Below are positions 8,890 through 16,671 of a stretch of DNA of 20,000 nucleotides, one piece after another (position 1 is the stretch's first letter; each line of letters begins with the position of its first letter). This stretch comes from an uncultured virus (IMG/VR IMGVR_UViG_3300032222_000250) (lineage: Duplodnaviria > Heunggongvirae > Uroviricota > Caudoviricetes). The notes under the pieces were generated by a model that was not told the origin of the DNA, did no database searches, and saw only the letters and a program-made list of their open reading frames with translations. The translations under genes and the position numbers were made by a program. The stretch is taken from IMG/VR virus record IMGVR_UViG_3300032222_000250, one strand, 5' to 3'.

Positions 8890-9618
8890 ATGGAAGACAA
8901 AAAACAAATAAAATTTATACTCCCCTCAGATTGGTTTTTAAAAGACCCAATTGATTTTGAGCACAAGGAATATGTATTAAATTCGTTTTTGATGAAAGTG
9001 GAGGATGCTTTATCAAGAGGTGAAATTTATCCGTTCTTTACTGAGATATCGCTTCATATGGCATCCATTGGAAGTTTTCTTAAATCAAACAAATATGTTT
9101 TTATTAATAAGGAATTAAATTCCATTGATGATGAGATTATGTTATATGAACTCAAATCAAAAAAGACAAGAAAGAAATTTACAACAGAGGAGTTAGAAGA
9201 GATTAAACAAATACTTGAATATTCCCAAGAAAAATTACTTCAATATTTTACAATCTGTAAAGGTATATGGGAATTGTCTTACCAATCAACATCAATTAAA
9301 TTAAGAAAGAATAAAAAGAATTTACCACTTCATAATTCATATGTGGTATATCAAGATTTATTTAACAAAGAGGTTTATGTTTGGCAAGGAAAGTTTGAAC
9401 AACTATCTAAGAAAAAACACGACACCAAAATAGATTTCAGTTTAATATATAAAGGTCACGATAAAAAATTCACGGAAGTTATCCGTGAGTATTCAGATAC
9501 AAAGAGTTTGGAGTATCCAATCTTTGAAGCGTTCTCAACACAGAACCTACCATTGGAACATACATTATTACCTTTATTTAAGAGGAAAGTACAATCTTAC
9601 TTCACACAGTCAGTATGA
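8890..9618 (+). CDS. Hypothetical protein (PIDFEHKEY motif)
   Basis: 242 aa ORF, ATGA overlap with the next gene. Confidence 0.8.
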   Translation: MEDKKQIKFILPSDWFLKDPIDFEHKEYVLNSFLMKVEDALSRGEIYPFFTEISLHMASIGSFLKSNKYVFINKELNSIDDEIMLYELKSKKTRKKFTTEELEEIKQILEYSQEKLLQYFTICKGIWELSYQSTSIKLRKNKKNLPLHNSYVVYQDLFNKEVYVWQGKFEQLSKKKHDTKIDFSLIYKGHDKKFTEVIREYSDTKSLEYPIFEAFSTQNLPLEHTLLPLFKRKVQSYFTQSV

Positions 9619-10016
9619 GTACACCATCTCACTATGAAAAGGCTGAGACTAAATTCAGTTTGCTACCTTACGCAAGTAATGTAGGGTCACCAGTCATTGT
9701 TGTTGAAGACACAGACCAATTTAAAAGAAAACAAGTTACCAAGTTTAATAATTTTGTTGATAAGAGATTTAGTGAATTAAAATCTGAAATGGAAAAGTTG
9801 GTTGACGCTTATAAACTCAATGAATTTATCTTTAGTATTGACCTTAGGTTTGAGCCAATAGTGGGTGAAACTTATTATGTGTATCAGAATGAAAAAACTA
9901 TTAATTTTTTATCAATGATAGCTCCACATGAATGTAAATTTTTGTATATTTGTAGTGTTAAACTAAATACTGAAGGTCAATGGGTTTTAATAGACGGTAC
10001 TTTTCCAAAGAGTTAA
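9615..10016 (+). CDS. DUF2452-like protein
   Basis: 'LPYASNVGSPVI' and 'FEPIVGETYYVY...LSMIAP.E' motifs recalled for DUF2452. Confidence 0.65.
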   Translation: MSTPSHYEKAETKFSLLPYASNVGSPVIVVEDTDQFKRKQVTKFNNFVDKRFSELKSEMEKLVDAYKLNEFIFSIDLRFEPIVGETYYVYQNEKTINFLSMIAPHECKFLYICSVKLNTEGQWVLIDGTFPKS

Positions 10017-10192
10017 TTTTACGTGAGATAGACAAAGAATATCCACTAAAAAAGTATTTCGCTTCTGACGCTTGTATATTTACAGATAGTGTGTCCCATC
10101 AAGCATATGAATTACATAATAAAGGTGTTTCTGACAAAGAAATAAAAGAATTTATTTTAAAAAACTCAACACCCTTGATTGAACAAAATTAA
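9980..10192 (+). CDS. Hypothetical protein (MGFNRRY)
   Basis: 70 aa ORF overlapping the upstream stop and filling the gap. Confidence 0.7.
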   Translation: MGFNRRYFSKELILREIDKEYPLKKYFASDACIFTDSVSHQAYELHNKGVSDKEIKEFILKNSTPLIEQN

Positions 10193-10210
10193 AAACATAT
10201 ATTTTATACT

Positions 10211-10447
10211 ATGAAAACACTAAAAAATTCCAAGACAGGTGAAATCAAAAGATTACACGACAAAGCCGCTCACAATTTAGTAATGCAAACTTTCTTGGGT
10301 TGGGGATATGCTCCCAAATCCGAATGGAAAAAAGATAAGTCTGTGGTAACTGAAGAAAGGCCGGATAAACAGACAAAAAAATCTAAAGATGAAGGACAAA
10401 AAAGTGTGTCTTACGGAAAAGGAAGTTCTAGAAAATCCAAACGATAA
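10211..10447 (+). CDS. Hypothetical basic protein
   Basis: 78 aa ORF with K/R-rich tail; degenerate TTG-N20-TATATTTT promoter upstream. Confidence 0.75.
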   Translation: MKTLKNSKTGEIKRLHDKAAHNLVMQTFLGWGYAPKSEWKKDKSVVTEERPDKQTKKSKDEGQKSVSYGKGSSRKSKR

Positions 10448-10504
10448 TGTTTTGGGTGAACTTGTAAGAAAGAAATTTTGGAGTTTAAAAAAACATAAAA
10501 CAAC

Positions 10505-10687
10505 ATGGATGACAAGACTAAAAAATTACTTAACTCTAAATTGAGACAACCAGTACACATCAGTTACATTTCAAAATACATTTTGAAGTTGACTGATAAA
10601 GAAACTAAAGAGATACTGGATAAATTGATTGATGAAGGTGTAATTGACGAGTCACCATTGGCATCAAGTTATTATGTAAATAAATAA
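10505..10687 (+). CDS. Small hypothetical protein, possible winged-helix fold
   Basis: 60 aa; helix-turn-helix-like 'ISYISKYILKLTDKETKEILDKLIDEGVI' then a short beta hairpin. Confidence 0.65.
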   Translation: MDDKTKKLLNSKLRQPVHISYISKYILKLTDKETKEILDKLIDEGVIDESPLASSYYVNK

Positions 10688-10689
10688 GT

Positions 10690-10869
10690 ATGAAAGTTAA
10701 ATTAGAAAAGTGTGTGAGTTGTGGACGTGAGACGGGTTATTCTATTAATGACCATATAGATTCTCGTAAGACTTATGTAGAAGGTGCTGGACAACTATGT
10801 GCTGAATGTTTCAAGGAGGTGTACAATAAAGTACATAAGAAAGATGTTGACAATGATGAGAAATCATAA
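10690..10869 (+). CDS. Small zinc-finger protein (59 aa, CxxC...CxxC); not in the ORF track
   Basis: Manual translation MKVKLEKCVSCGRETGYSINDHIDSRKTYVEGAGQLCAECFKEVYNKVHKKDVDNDEKS*; starts 2 nt after the previous stop. Confidence 0.85.
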   Translation: MKVKLEKCVSCGRETGYSINDHIDSRKTYVEGAGQLCAECFKEVYNKVHKKDVDNDEKS

Positions 10870-11341
10870 AAGAATTATCCTTGTTGGAAAGGCAGCTTCA
10901 GGTAAAGACCACCTGAGAAAGAAGTATGAGTCACGTGGATTCAAATACGCTGTGAGTTATACCACAAGACCACCAAGAGAAGGTGAAGTTGATGGTAAAG
11001 ATTATTTCTTCTTAACAGATGAAGAAGCAACCAAAATGGTTGAATCAAATATGTTTTATGAATATGTTTATTTCAATGGTTGGTTGTATGGCACAACAGT
11101 AGAACAGTTTTATAGTGATGACTTATTCATTATGACACCTGCAGGTATTTCACACGTTAAACCTGAAGATAGAGTTAATTCATTTATTATATATACGGAT
11201 ATTGATATTGAAACAAGAGAGATTAGATTAAAAATGAGGTACATGCCTGGTGATAGTTTGGAACGAAGAATTCAGGCTGATGAGGTGGACTTTACAGGTT
11301 TTAATGATTATGATTTAAGAATAACAAACGCAGATTTTTAA
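10853..11341 (+). CDS. gmk: Guanylate kinase-like nucleotide kinase
   Basis: P-loop GKAASGKD, 'VSYTTRPPREGEVDGKDYFF' and 'YFNGWLYGT' guanylate kinase signatures. Start at 10844, 10853 or 10856. Confidence 0.88.
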   Translation: MMRNHKRIILVGKAASGKDHLRKKYESRGFKYAVSYTTRPPREGEVDGKDYFFLTDEEATKMVESNMFYEYVYFNGWLYGTTVEQFYSDDLFIMTPAGISHVKPEDRVNSFIIYTDIDIETREIRLKMRYMPGDSLERRIQADEVDFTGFNDYDLRITNADF

Positions 11342-12213
11342 TGGAAAATTTTATAGGAAAAGTAGTAAACGGTGATTGTCGTGAAGTGATGAAAACTATG
11401 GAAGAGGGTTGTGTTGACCTGATTGTAACCAGTCCTCCATATGGAGTTGGAATTGCTTATGATGTTCACGATGATGATATGTTGATTGAAGAGTATTTGA
11501 AGTTCACTGAAGAGTGGATGACCGAAGCGTTCAGAGTGTTGAAAGATGATGGTCGTATCGCAATTAACATTCCATATGAAATCAACCGTCAAGCAAAAGG
11601 TGGTCGTGTATTCATGGTGAGTGAAGTGTGGCAAATCATGAAAAAGATTGGTTATAAGTTCTTTGGGGTTGTTGACCTTGAAGAAGAATCACCACACAGG
11701 AGCAGAACAACCGCATGGGGTTCTTGGATGTCTCCATCAGCACCATACATCTATAACCCAAAAGAGTGTGTTATATTGGCTTACAAGAAGAAACACATTA
11801 AAATTGTCAAGGGAGTTCCTGAATGGGTTGGTGAAATGGGTGAGGTTGAAGATAAGAACGGTGTGATGAAGAACAAAATGATGTATACCGAAACCCAAAA
11901 ACGTGAGTTTATTGATTTGGTGTTTGGTCAATGGCATTACTTTGCCGATACAAAAAGTATGACCAAAGCAACATTTTCAATGGACATACCAACCAAAGCA
12001 ATTAAGATTCTTACCTATAAGAATGATGTTGTTTTGGACCCGTTTGCTGGTAGTGGAACTAGTTTAGTTGCAGCTGAAACTTTGGACCGTAGATGGATTG
12101 GTATTGAACTCAGTCCCAATTATGCTGAGGTTGCCAAGAAACGAGTCAACGTATTTGTTGAAGGTAGACGACAACAAGTAATAAATTTTGAAGAAACTAC
12201 AACCCTCACTTAA
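11341..12213 (+). CDS. Orphan DNA methyltransferase, N4-C/N6-A family, beta class
   Basis: LIVTSPPY (motif IV) N-terminal and VLDPFAGSGT (motif I) C-terminal. SPPY suggests m4C. Confidence 0.92.
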   Translation: MENFIGKVVNGDCREVMKTMEEGCVDLIVTSPPYGVGIAYDVHDDDMLIEEYLKFTEEWMTEAFRVLKDDGRIAINIPYEINRQAKGGRVFMVSEVWQIMKKIGYKFFGVVDLEEESPHRSRTTAWGSWMSPSAPYIYNPKECVILAYKKKHIKIVKGVPEWVGEMGEVEDKNGVMKNKMMYTETQKREFIDLVFGQWHYFADTKSMTKATFSMDIPTKAIKILTYKNDVVLDPFAGSGTSLVAAETLDRRWIGIELSPNYAEVAKKRVNVFVEGRRQQVINFEETTTLT

Positions 12214-12232
12214 TAGTGGGGGTTTATTTTTT
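12201..12232 (+). terminator. Rho-independent terminator
   Basis: AACCCTCACT-TAAT-AGTGGGGGTT hairpin followed by a T-rich tract at the end of the MTase. Confidence 0.75.
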
Positions 12233-12243
12233 ATATTACTTGA

Positions 12244-12251
12244 TATTTATA
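12244..12251 (+). promoter_or_regulatory. TATTTATA motif, putative late promoter
   Basis: Between the terminator and ATG 12264, 12 nt spacing as at 7036. Confidence 0.55.
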
Positions 12252-12263
12252 TAGAAATATAAT

Positions 12264-13418
12264 ATGAAAATTGTTATTAACGAATCTGACTTAAAAAAAG
12301 TAATCAATACAATTAATTCAGAAGAACACGCCATTACTGAATTAAAAGAAAGATATTCTAATATGTCGGATGATGATAAAGAATTGTGTGTTTCATTAAT
12401 TGAATATTTTAATCCACATCTTAAAGTACAATTAAATGAGGCTCAATGGTATAATACAGTATTAGACATCTTGGGCGTAGTAGACCCATCGCCAATACTT
12501 GACACAATAAATGGTATTTCATATTTAAAACAAGGTGATAAATTTTATGCAATGTTATCTTTTATAGCCGCAGTTCCTATTATAGGTGATTGGATTGGAA
12601 AAGGATTTATGTTAACAGGTAGAGGTTCTAAAATTGTTAAATCAACTGATGCTGCTTTAAAAGTTGCGAGTAAAGGTACTCCCCAAGCTATAAAATTAGC
12701 TACCAAGATGATAAAGGATATTAGTAAAGAAAGTGGTTTGATGGCAAAATTATTGGGAACTGTAAGACAGTGGGTACCAAAATTAATTGACATTATTGAT
12801 AATATTCCATTAGGTAAATTAGGACAACCACTAAAAAACACAGTAAAAGATTGGTTAAGATTATTTTCAAAGGCAGGTGCTGGTTCAGCAAAAGCTGTTG
12901 AGTTAGCAAAAACATATAAGGGTTTGACTAAAACAGATGCTATTAAGGTATTAACTGATATGAAAGCGGCCGTAAATGCGGATACAAGATTGTTAAGAGA
13001 TTTTGGTGGTGAGGCTGCAAAAGGTTTGTCAGGTATTAAAAATTATAAGATGTCGGGAATGCCAAGATTGTTTGGAAACAAAGCAACAAGAAGTTTAATG
13101 AGAAGAACAAAATTTTGGACAGGTTTCTTGGATTATATTGGTTTAGGAAACTTTGTTGGTCCTGATGAAACAATTAGACAAATGGGTCCAAAAGAGTTTA
13201 ATGAAAAAATGGAAGAATATGCTAGAACCGCAGGAGCCAAACAGAATTGGGAAGATGATTTTAAAGACGTTCCTGAAGAAGAGGGATTGTATACTGAACC
13301 TGATTTTGATGGTAATGATAATAGTCAACCAACAAAGGCGCCAACTAATTATGAAGAACAAGGTAAAAACTTCCTAACTAATTTATTATTTGGACCTTTA
13401 ACATCAAACATTGTATAA
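12264..13418 (+). CDS. Protein with pre-toxin TG-like helical domain, possible virion/ejection protein
   Basis: 'VLDILGVVDPSPILDTINGISYLKQGD...AMLSFIAAVPIIGD' resembles the PT-TG motif; A/G/K-rich helical middle; N-terminal 'INES' motif. Confidence 0.6.
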   Translation: MKIVINESDLKKVINTINSEEHAITELKERYSNMSDDDKELCVSLIEYFNPHLKVQLNEAQWYNTVLDILGVVDPSPILDTINGISYLKQGDKFYAMLSFIAAVPIIGDWIGKGFMLTGRGSKIVKSTDAALKVASKGTPQAIKLATKMIKDISKESGLMAKLLGTVRQWVPKLIDIIDNIPLGKLGQPLKNTVKDWLRLFSKAGAGSAKAVELAKTYKGLTKTDAIKVLTDMKAAVNADTRLLRDFGGEAAKGLSGIKNYKMSGMPRLFGNKATRSLMRRTKFWTGFLDYIGLGNFVGPDETIRQMGPKEFNEKMEEYARTAGAKQNWEDDFKDVPEEEGLYTEPDFDGNDNSQPTKAPTNYEEQGKNFLTNLLFGPLTSNIV

Positions 13419-14821
13419 TGAAAAAATTAATTAAAGAATCGGGATTACGTGATATTAAAGCTTTGGCTAAAAGATATCCAAAAGCTAAAATATATTTTCA
13501 CCAAGATTTAGATGGTGTTACAACAGCAATTGCAATGAAGAAATACTTGGAGGATAACGGTATCAATGTAGTTGATTCGGAAATCATTCAATATGGTGAT
13601 AAAGAATTCTCAGTTAAAAAACTTGATGCTAATGGTGACACAATGCCAGTTCTTGTTGACTTTGCACATGGTAAACCAATGTTCGTTATTCATACTGACC
13701 ACCACGATAGACAAGCAGGTGCTGAAGAAACAGGTGCAACATCATTCAGACCATCACGTTCAAATGTGGAAACAATATCACAAGTGGTATCACCAAAAGA
13801 AATATTCCCTGAAAAAGACTTAAGGTTAATTTCAACGGTAGATTCTGCTGATTATGCAAAATATGATATTACACCTGAACAGGTAATGAATTATATTTTT
13901 AAACTTGATAAAGATAAAAATTTATTACAAAACAAATTTGCAATGGGATTGGTTTTAAACAAACTAATCTTGGCATTTAAGAATAAGCCGGGCTTTATGG
14001 AAAATTTGGTAATCAATTCTGAACCATCTTTATATTCAATCTTAATGCAAGTTAAGAAAGAAATGGGTGAAAGAAGATTACCAAGTCCTGAAACGTTAGA
14101 CAAGAATAAATCAGAGTATGTTAAACAAATGGAAACATCACCAAACGTCAAGGTGATTGATAACATTATTGTACAATATGGGGGAGGTAGTATGTTCAGT
14201 CCTGGTTCATACGATAGATACACACCATTTAAGAACAACCCTGAAGCGGACTTCTTGGTAATTGCTTGGCCACTTGGATTACTACAAGCATCATGTAATC
14301 CATTTAAAAAGGAACGAGAACTTAAAGGGGTTAACTTGGGAGATATTGCTCAAGAAGTGTTAGAAAAACACGAAAACCAACTTAAAAGTAGAATTGTTCC
14401 ATTATCAACTATCAAATATATATCTGAAGGTTCCATAGGACCAGAGTCTGTTGGATTTACATTTAAAGATTTTAAAGCTCTTTATGGTGATAAATTCAGT
14501 GGAATGGAGAATGGCGATGCGTATTTGAAGATAATTGAAAAGTTGATGGATAAACCCACAAAAGACTTAACTGATAAGGAATTTGAAATCCTTGACAAGT
14601 TTGGTGTTAGTGCGTGGGATTTAATCCAAGCCAATTCAGGGGGACATAAATGTATTACAAACATTTCAGGTATTAACTATCTTGGTAGAAGTAATAGACC
14701 TCCAAGTGGTCAATACAGATATGACCCTGAAAAAAGCGGAGCTGCATACATTAATGTATTGAAGAAGTTACAAAGTGAATTTGTGAACAAACTTCAAGAA
14801 AAGATTAACGAGAGTAAGTAA
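13418..14821 (+). CDS. DHH-family phosphoesterase
   Basis: Motifs YFHQDLDG, VLVDF, TDHH, 'VDSAD' and C-terminal SGGH (DHHA1-like). Confidence 0.82.
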   Translation: MKKLIKESGLRDIKALAKRYPKAKIYFHQDLDGVTTAIAMKKYLEDNGINVVDSEIIQYGDKEFSVKKLDANGDTMPVLVDFAHGKPMFVIHTDHHDRQAGAEETGATSFRPSRSNVETISQVVSPKEIFPEKDLRLISTVDSADYAKYDITPEQVMNYIFKLDKDKNLLQNKFAMGLVLNKLILAFKNKPGFMENLVINSEPSLYSILMQVKKEMGERRLPSPETLDKNKSEYVKQMETSPNVKVIDNIIVQYGGGSMFSPGSYDRYTPFKNNPEADFLVIAWPLGLLQASCNPFKKERELKGVNLGDIAQEVLEKHENQLKSRIVPLSTIKYISEGSIGPESVGFTFKDFKALYGDKFSGMENGDAYLKIIEKLMDKPTKDLTDKEFEILDKFGVSAWDLIQANSGGHKCITNISGINYLGRSNRPPSGQYRYDPEKSGAAYINVLKKLQSEFVNKLQEKINESK

Positions 14822-15365
14822 CCCAATTCTTTTTGTAGTTCTTGTTTGATGAGCAATAACTTGCGTACTCATTAACTATTGGACTACCAGTGTTATAACC
14901 ACCACATGATAGTGCCCAACTATGGTAGGTGTTGTATCTGGCTCTCAACATCTTCATACTCACCATTACATTCAATTCAATGTTTCTTGTAAGTTCTTTT
15001 TGACTAACATGTCTACCAGCATAAGGGTGTGCGTACTTTGTGATGATTTGCATTGGACCCACAGCGTTTGCATATGATACTTGGTATGGGTTATAAGACC
15101 AATGAAATGGTCCTTGATAATGTGTTTCCCTGTAAGCCACGTTGTAAGCAACGTATTTAGGTACACGATACATCTTAGAGTATTTCTCAATTGAGTTATA
15201 CATCCTCAGACATACTGGAGATGTAGGTTCAGAACCTAACATCTCCAAATAGTCTTCCTCTGCTTGTTCTTGTATTTTTTCAATACTGTAGATTGCCGCT
15301 CCAAGAGCTCCAAATATTACAAAGAACCAAAGGAATATTGCGGTTTTAAAATCTACATTTTTCAT
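14805..15365 (-). CDS. Lytic transglycosylase (SLT domain) with N-terminal membrane anchor
   Basis: Catalytic 'AYRET', 'AVGPMQI', 'NIELNV', 'GGYNTG' motifs; hydrophobic helix at about residues 9-27. Confidence 0.85.
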   Translation of the reverse strand: MKNVDFKTAIFLWFFVIFGALGAAIYSIEKIQEQAEEDYLEMLGSEPTSPVCLRMYNSIEKYSKMYRVPKYVAYNVAYRETHYQGPFHWSYNPYQVSYANAVGPMQIITKYAHPYAGRHVSQKELTRNIELNVMVSMKMLRARYNTYHSWALSCGGYNTGSPIVNEYASYCSSNKNYKKNWVTYSR

Positions 15366-15367
15366 AA

Positions 15368-15715
15368 TTATTTTACAGGTGGTGTTTGGTTTGGATTGTG
15401 TTGACCCCAGATGTTACGAGCATAAAGGGTGAAGATAGTTTTACCAATCTCATTATCATAGATGGTGTAGTTCCCGGTATTTTTATCAATCAACATAAGT
15501 CTTTGATTTTCGTCAACCGCCAAGATGATGTCTTGTTTTTCTACTACTACCATTTTTGATGGCATTTCAACGGTCTTAATTTGTTTATAGTAGAACCCTA
15601 CTCCAAATCCTATGCCAAGTCCGCCAAGTACTAATACAACCCAAAAAACGTGACTAAAGAACTTCTTAATTTGTTCTGATGCTTTTGTCCAATAAACTTT
15701 CAATTTGTTTTCCAT
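15368..15715 (-). CDS. Single-pass membrane protein
   Basis: TM segment VFWVVLVLGGLGIGFGVGFYY. Start reassigned to MENKLK (15715) from the promoter position. Confidence 0.8.
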   Translation of the reverse strand: MENKLKVYWTKASEQIKKFFSHVFWVVLVLGGLGIGFGVGFYYKQIKTVEMPSKMVVVEKQDIILAVDENQRLMLIDKNTGNYTIYDNEIGKTIFTLYARNIWGQHNPNQTPPVK

Positions 15716-15719
15716 AACC

Positions 15720-15751
15720 CAAAGGTATGGCAAAAATTAAAGATAATCAAC
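15720..15751 (-). promoter_or_regulatory. Bacteroidetes-type promoter (GTTG-N20-TACCTTTG)
   Basis: Minus strand GTTG 15751-15748, TACCTTTG 15727-15720, ATG 4 nt later. Confidence 0.7.
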
Positions 15752-16081
15752 CCTGTCTCCGATTTTGATACCAAGACTCCTGCATGTATTGGCAGGCAGT
15801 TCCAATACAAAACCACCGTCACCTTCATATGTTTCACATTCTTCTGTATCACATGGTGGGCAGTTAGGGGAAATATCATTAATAATATTTTTTTTGATAA
15901 AGACAATATCAAGGGGAACAACACAATTTTTCATCCAAAAACTCTGTGTTGTATCTTCAGGCATTACAAATAACATCCCATCAAAGTTACTGAAACTCTG
16001 ACCCATCATACCCAAACGAATTTTTTCGGGTGTAGATACCACTTTACAATTAAATTTATTATTATTAATGGAAATATACAT
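15737..16081 (-). CDS. DUF192 family protein
   Basis: 'GMMG...GMLF...FWMKNC..PLDIVFI...VLEL...GIKIGD' DUF192 signature. Start at MYISINN avoids overlap with the NUDIX gene. Confidence 0.88.
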   Translation of the reverse strand: MYISINNNKFNCKVVSTPEKIRLGMMGQSFSNFDGMLFVMPEDTTQSFWMKNCVVPLDIVFIKKNIINDISPNCPPCDTEECETYEGDGGFVLELPANTCRSLGIKIGDRVDYL

Positions 16082-16100
16082 ATAGTGATAAATATAAGAT

Positions 16101-16508
16101 ATGAAGAAATCAGCCGGAGTAATTGTTAAATGGGACAATAAATGTCTTTTATGTAAAAGGAGTAATGTTGAAACTTATTCAGGGGAATGGAGTATTCCTG
16201 GTGGTAAGGTAGAACCTGATGAGGACATTATAGATGCTGCTCATCGTGAGTTCTATGAAGAAACAGATAAGAAACTAACGGGGGATTTGGAATTCCTTGG
16301 GGTTATGGGTAGAATGAACCGTAAGGGAACCAAACAATCATCTATAATGTATGTGTTTACAACTAATGTGGATGAACCAATACATCCTGACTTGGAAAAT
16401 GCTGAGTACGGGGAAGAACATTCAGAGTGTGGATACTTTTCAATTGATGATTTGCCTGAACCAATCGGTGAAAATTTAATGGAATATTTAAAAAATGTTC
16501 TAAAATGA
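16101..16508 (+). CDS. NUDIX hydrolase
   Basis: Nudix box GGKVEPDEDIIDAAHREFYEET. Confidence 0.92.
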   Translation: MKKSAGVIVKWDNKCLLCKRSNVETYSGEWSIPGGKVEPDEDIIDAAHREFYEETDKKLTGDLEFLGVMGRMNRKGTKQSSIMYVFTTNVDEPIHPDLENAEYGEEHSECGYFSIDDLPEPIGENLMEYLKNVLK

Positions 16509-16598
16509 TTTGACAACTGAAAAAAAGTTGTTATGTTTTTATAACTTTGGTAAATAGGAATATATTTATTACTTACCAAATAAAAAAAACAAAGTTTA

Positions 16599-16630
16599 TT
16601 TGACAGTTTGAAAAAATAGTCTTAACTTTG
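16599..16630 (+). promoter_or_regulatory. Bacteroidetes-type promoter (TTTG-N20-TAACTTTG) for the large ncRNA
   Basis: TTTG 16599-16602, TAACTTTG 16623-16630, A-tract upstream; no ORF downstream. Confidence 0.8.
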
Positions 16631-16638
16631 TGAAACAA

Positions 16639-16670
16639 TTGAGAATAACATCTCAAAACGTTCTTTGAAA
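16639..16670 (+). promoter_or_regulatory. boxB-like hairpin plus boxA-like antitermination element
   Basis: TTGAGA-ATAACA-TCTCAA hairpin (16639-16656), then GTTCTTTGAAA (16660-16670), matching the boxA seen in bacterial rRNA leaders. Confidence 0.6.
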
Positions 16671-16671
16671 C

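Noticed and set aside
10814..10820. Shine-Dalgarno-like AGGAGGT
   Set aside because: It lies inside the zinc-finger coding sequence, over 20 nt from the nearest kinase ATG; other genes here lack SD sites.
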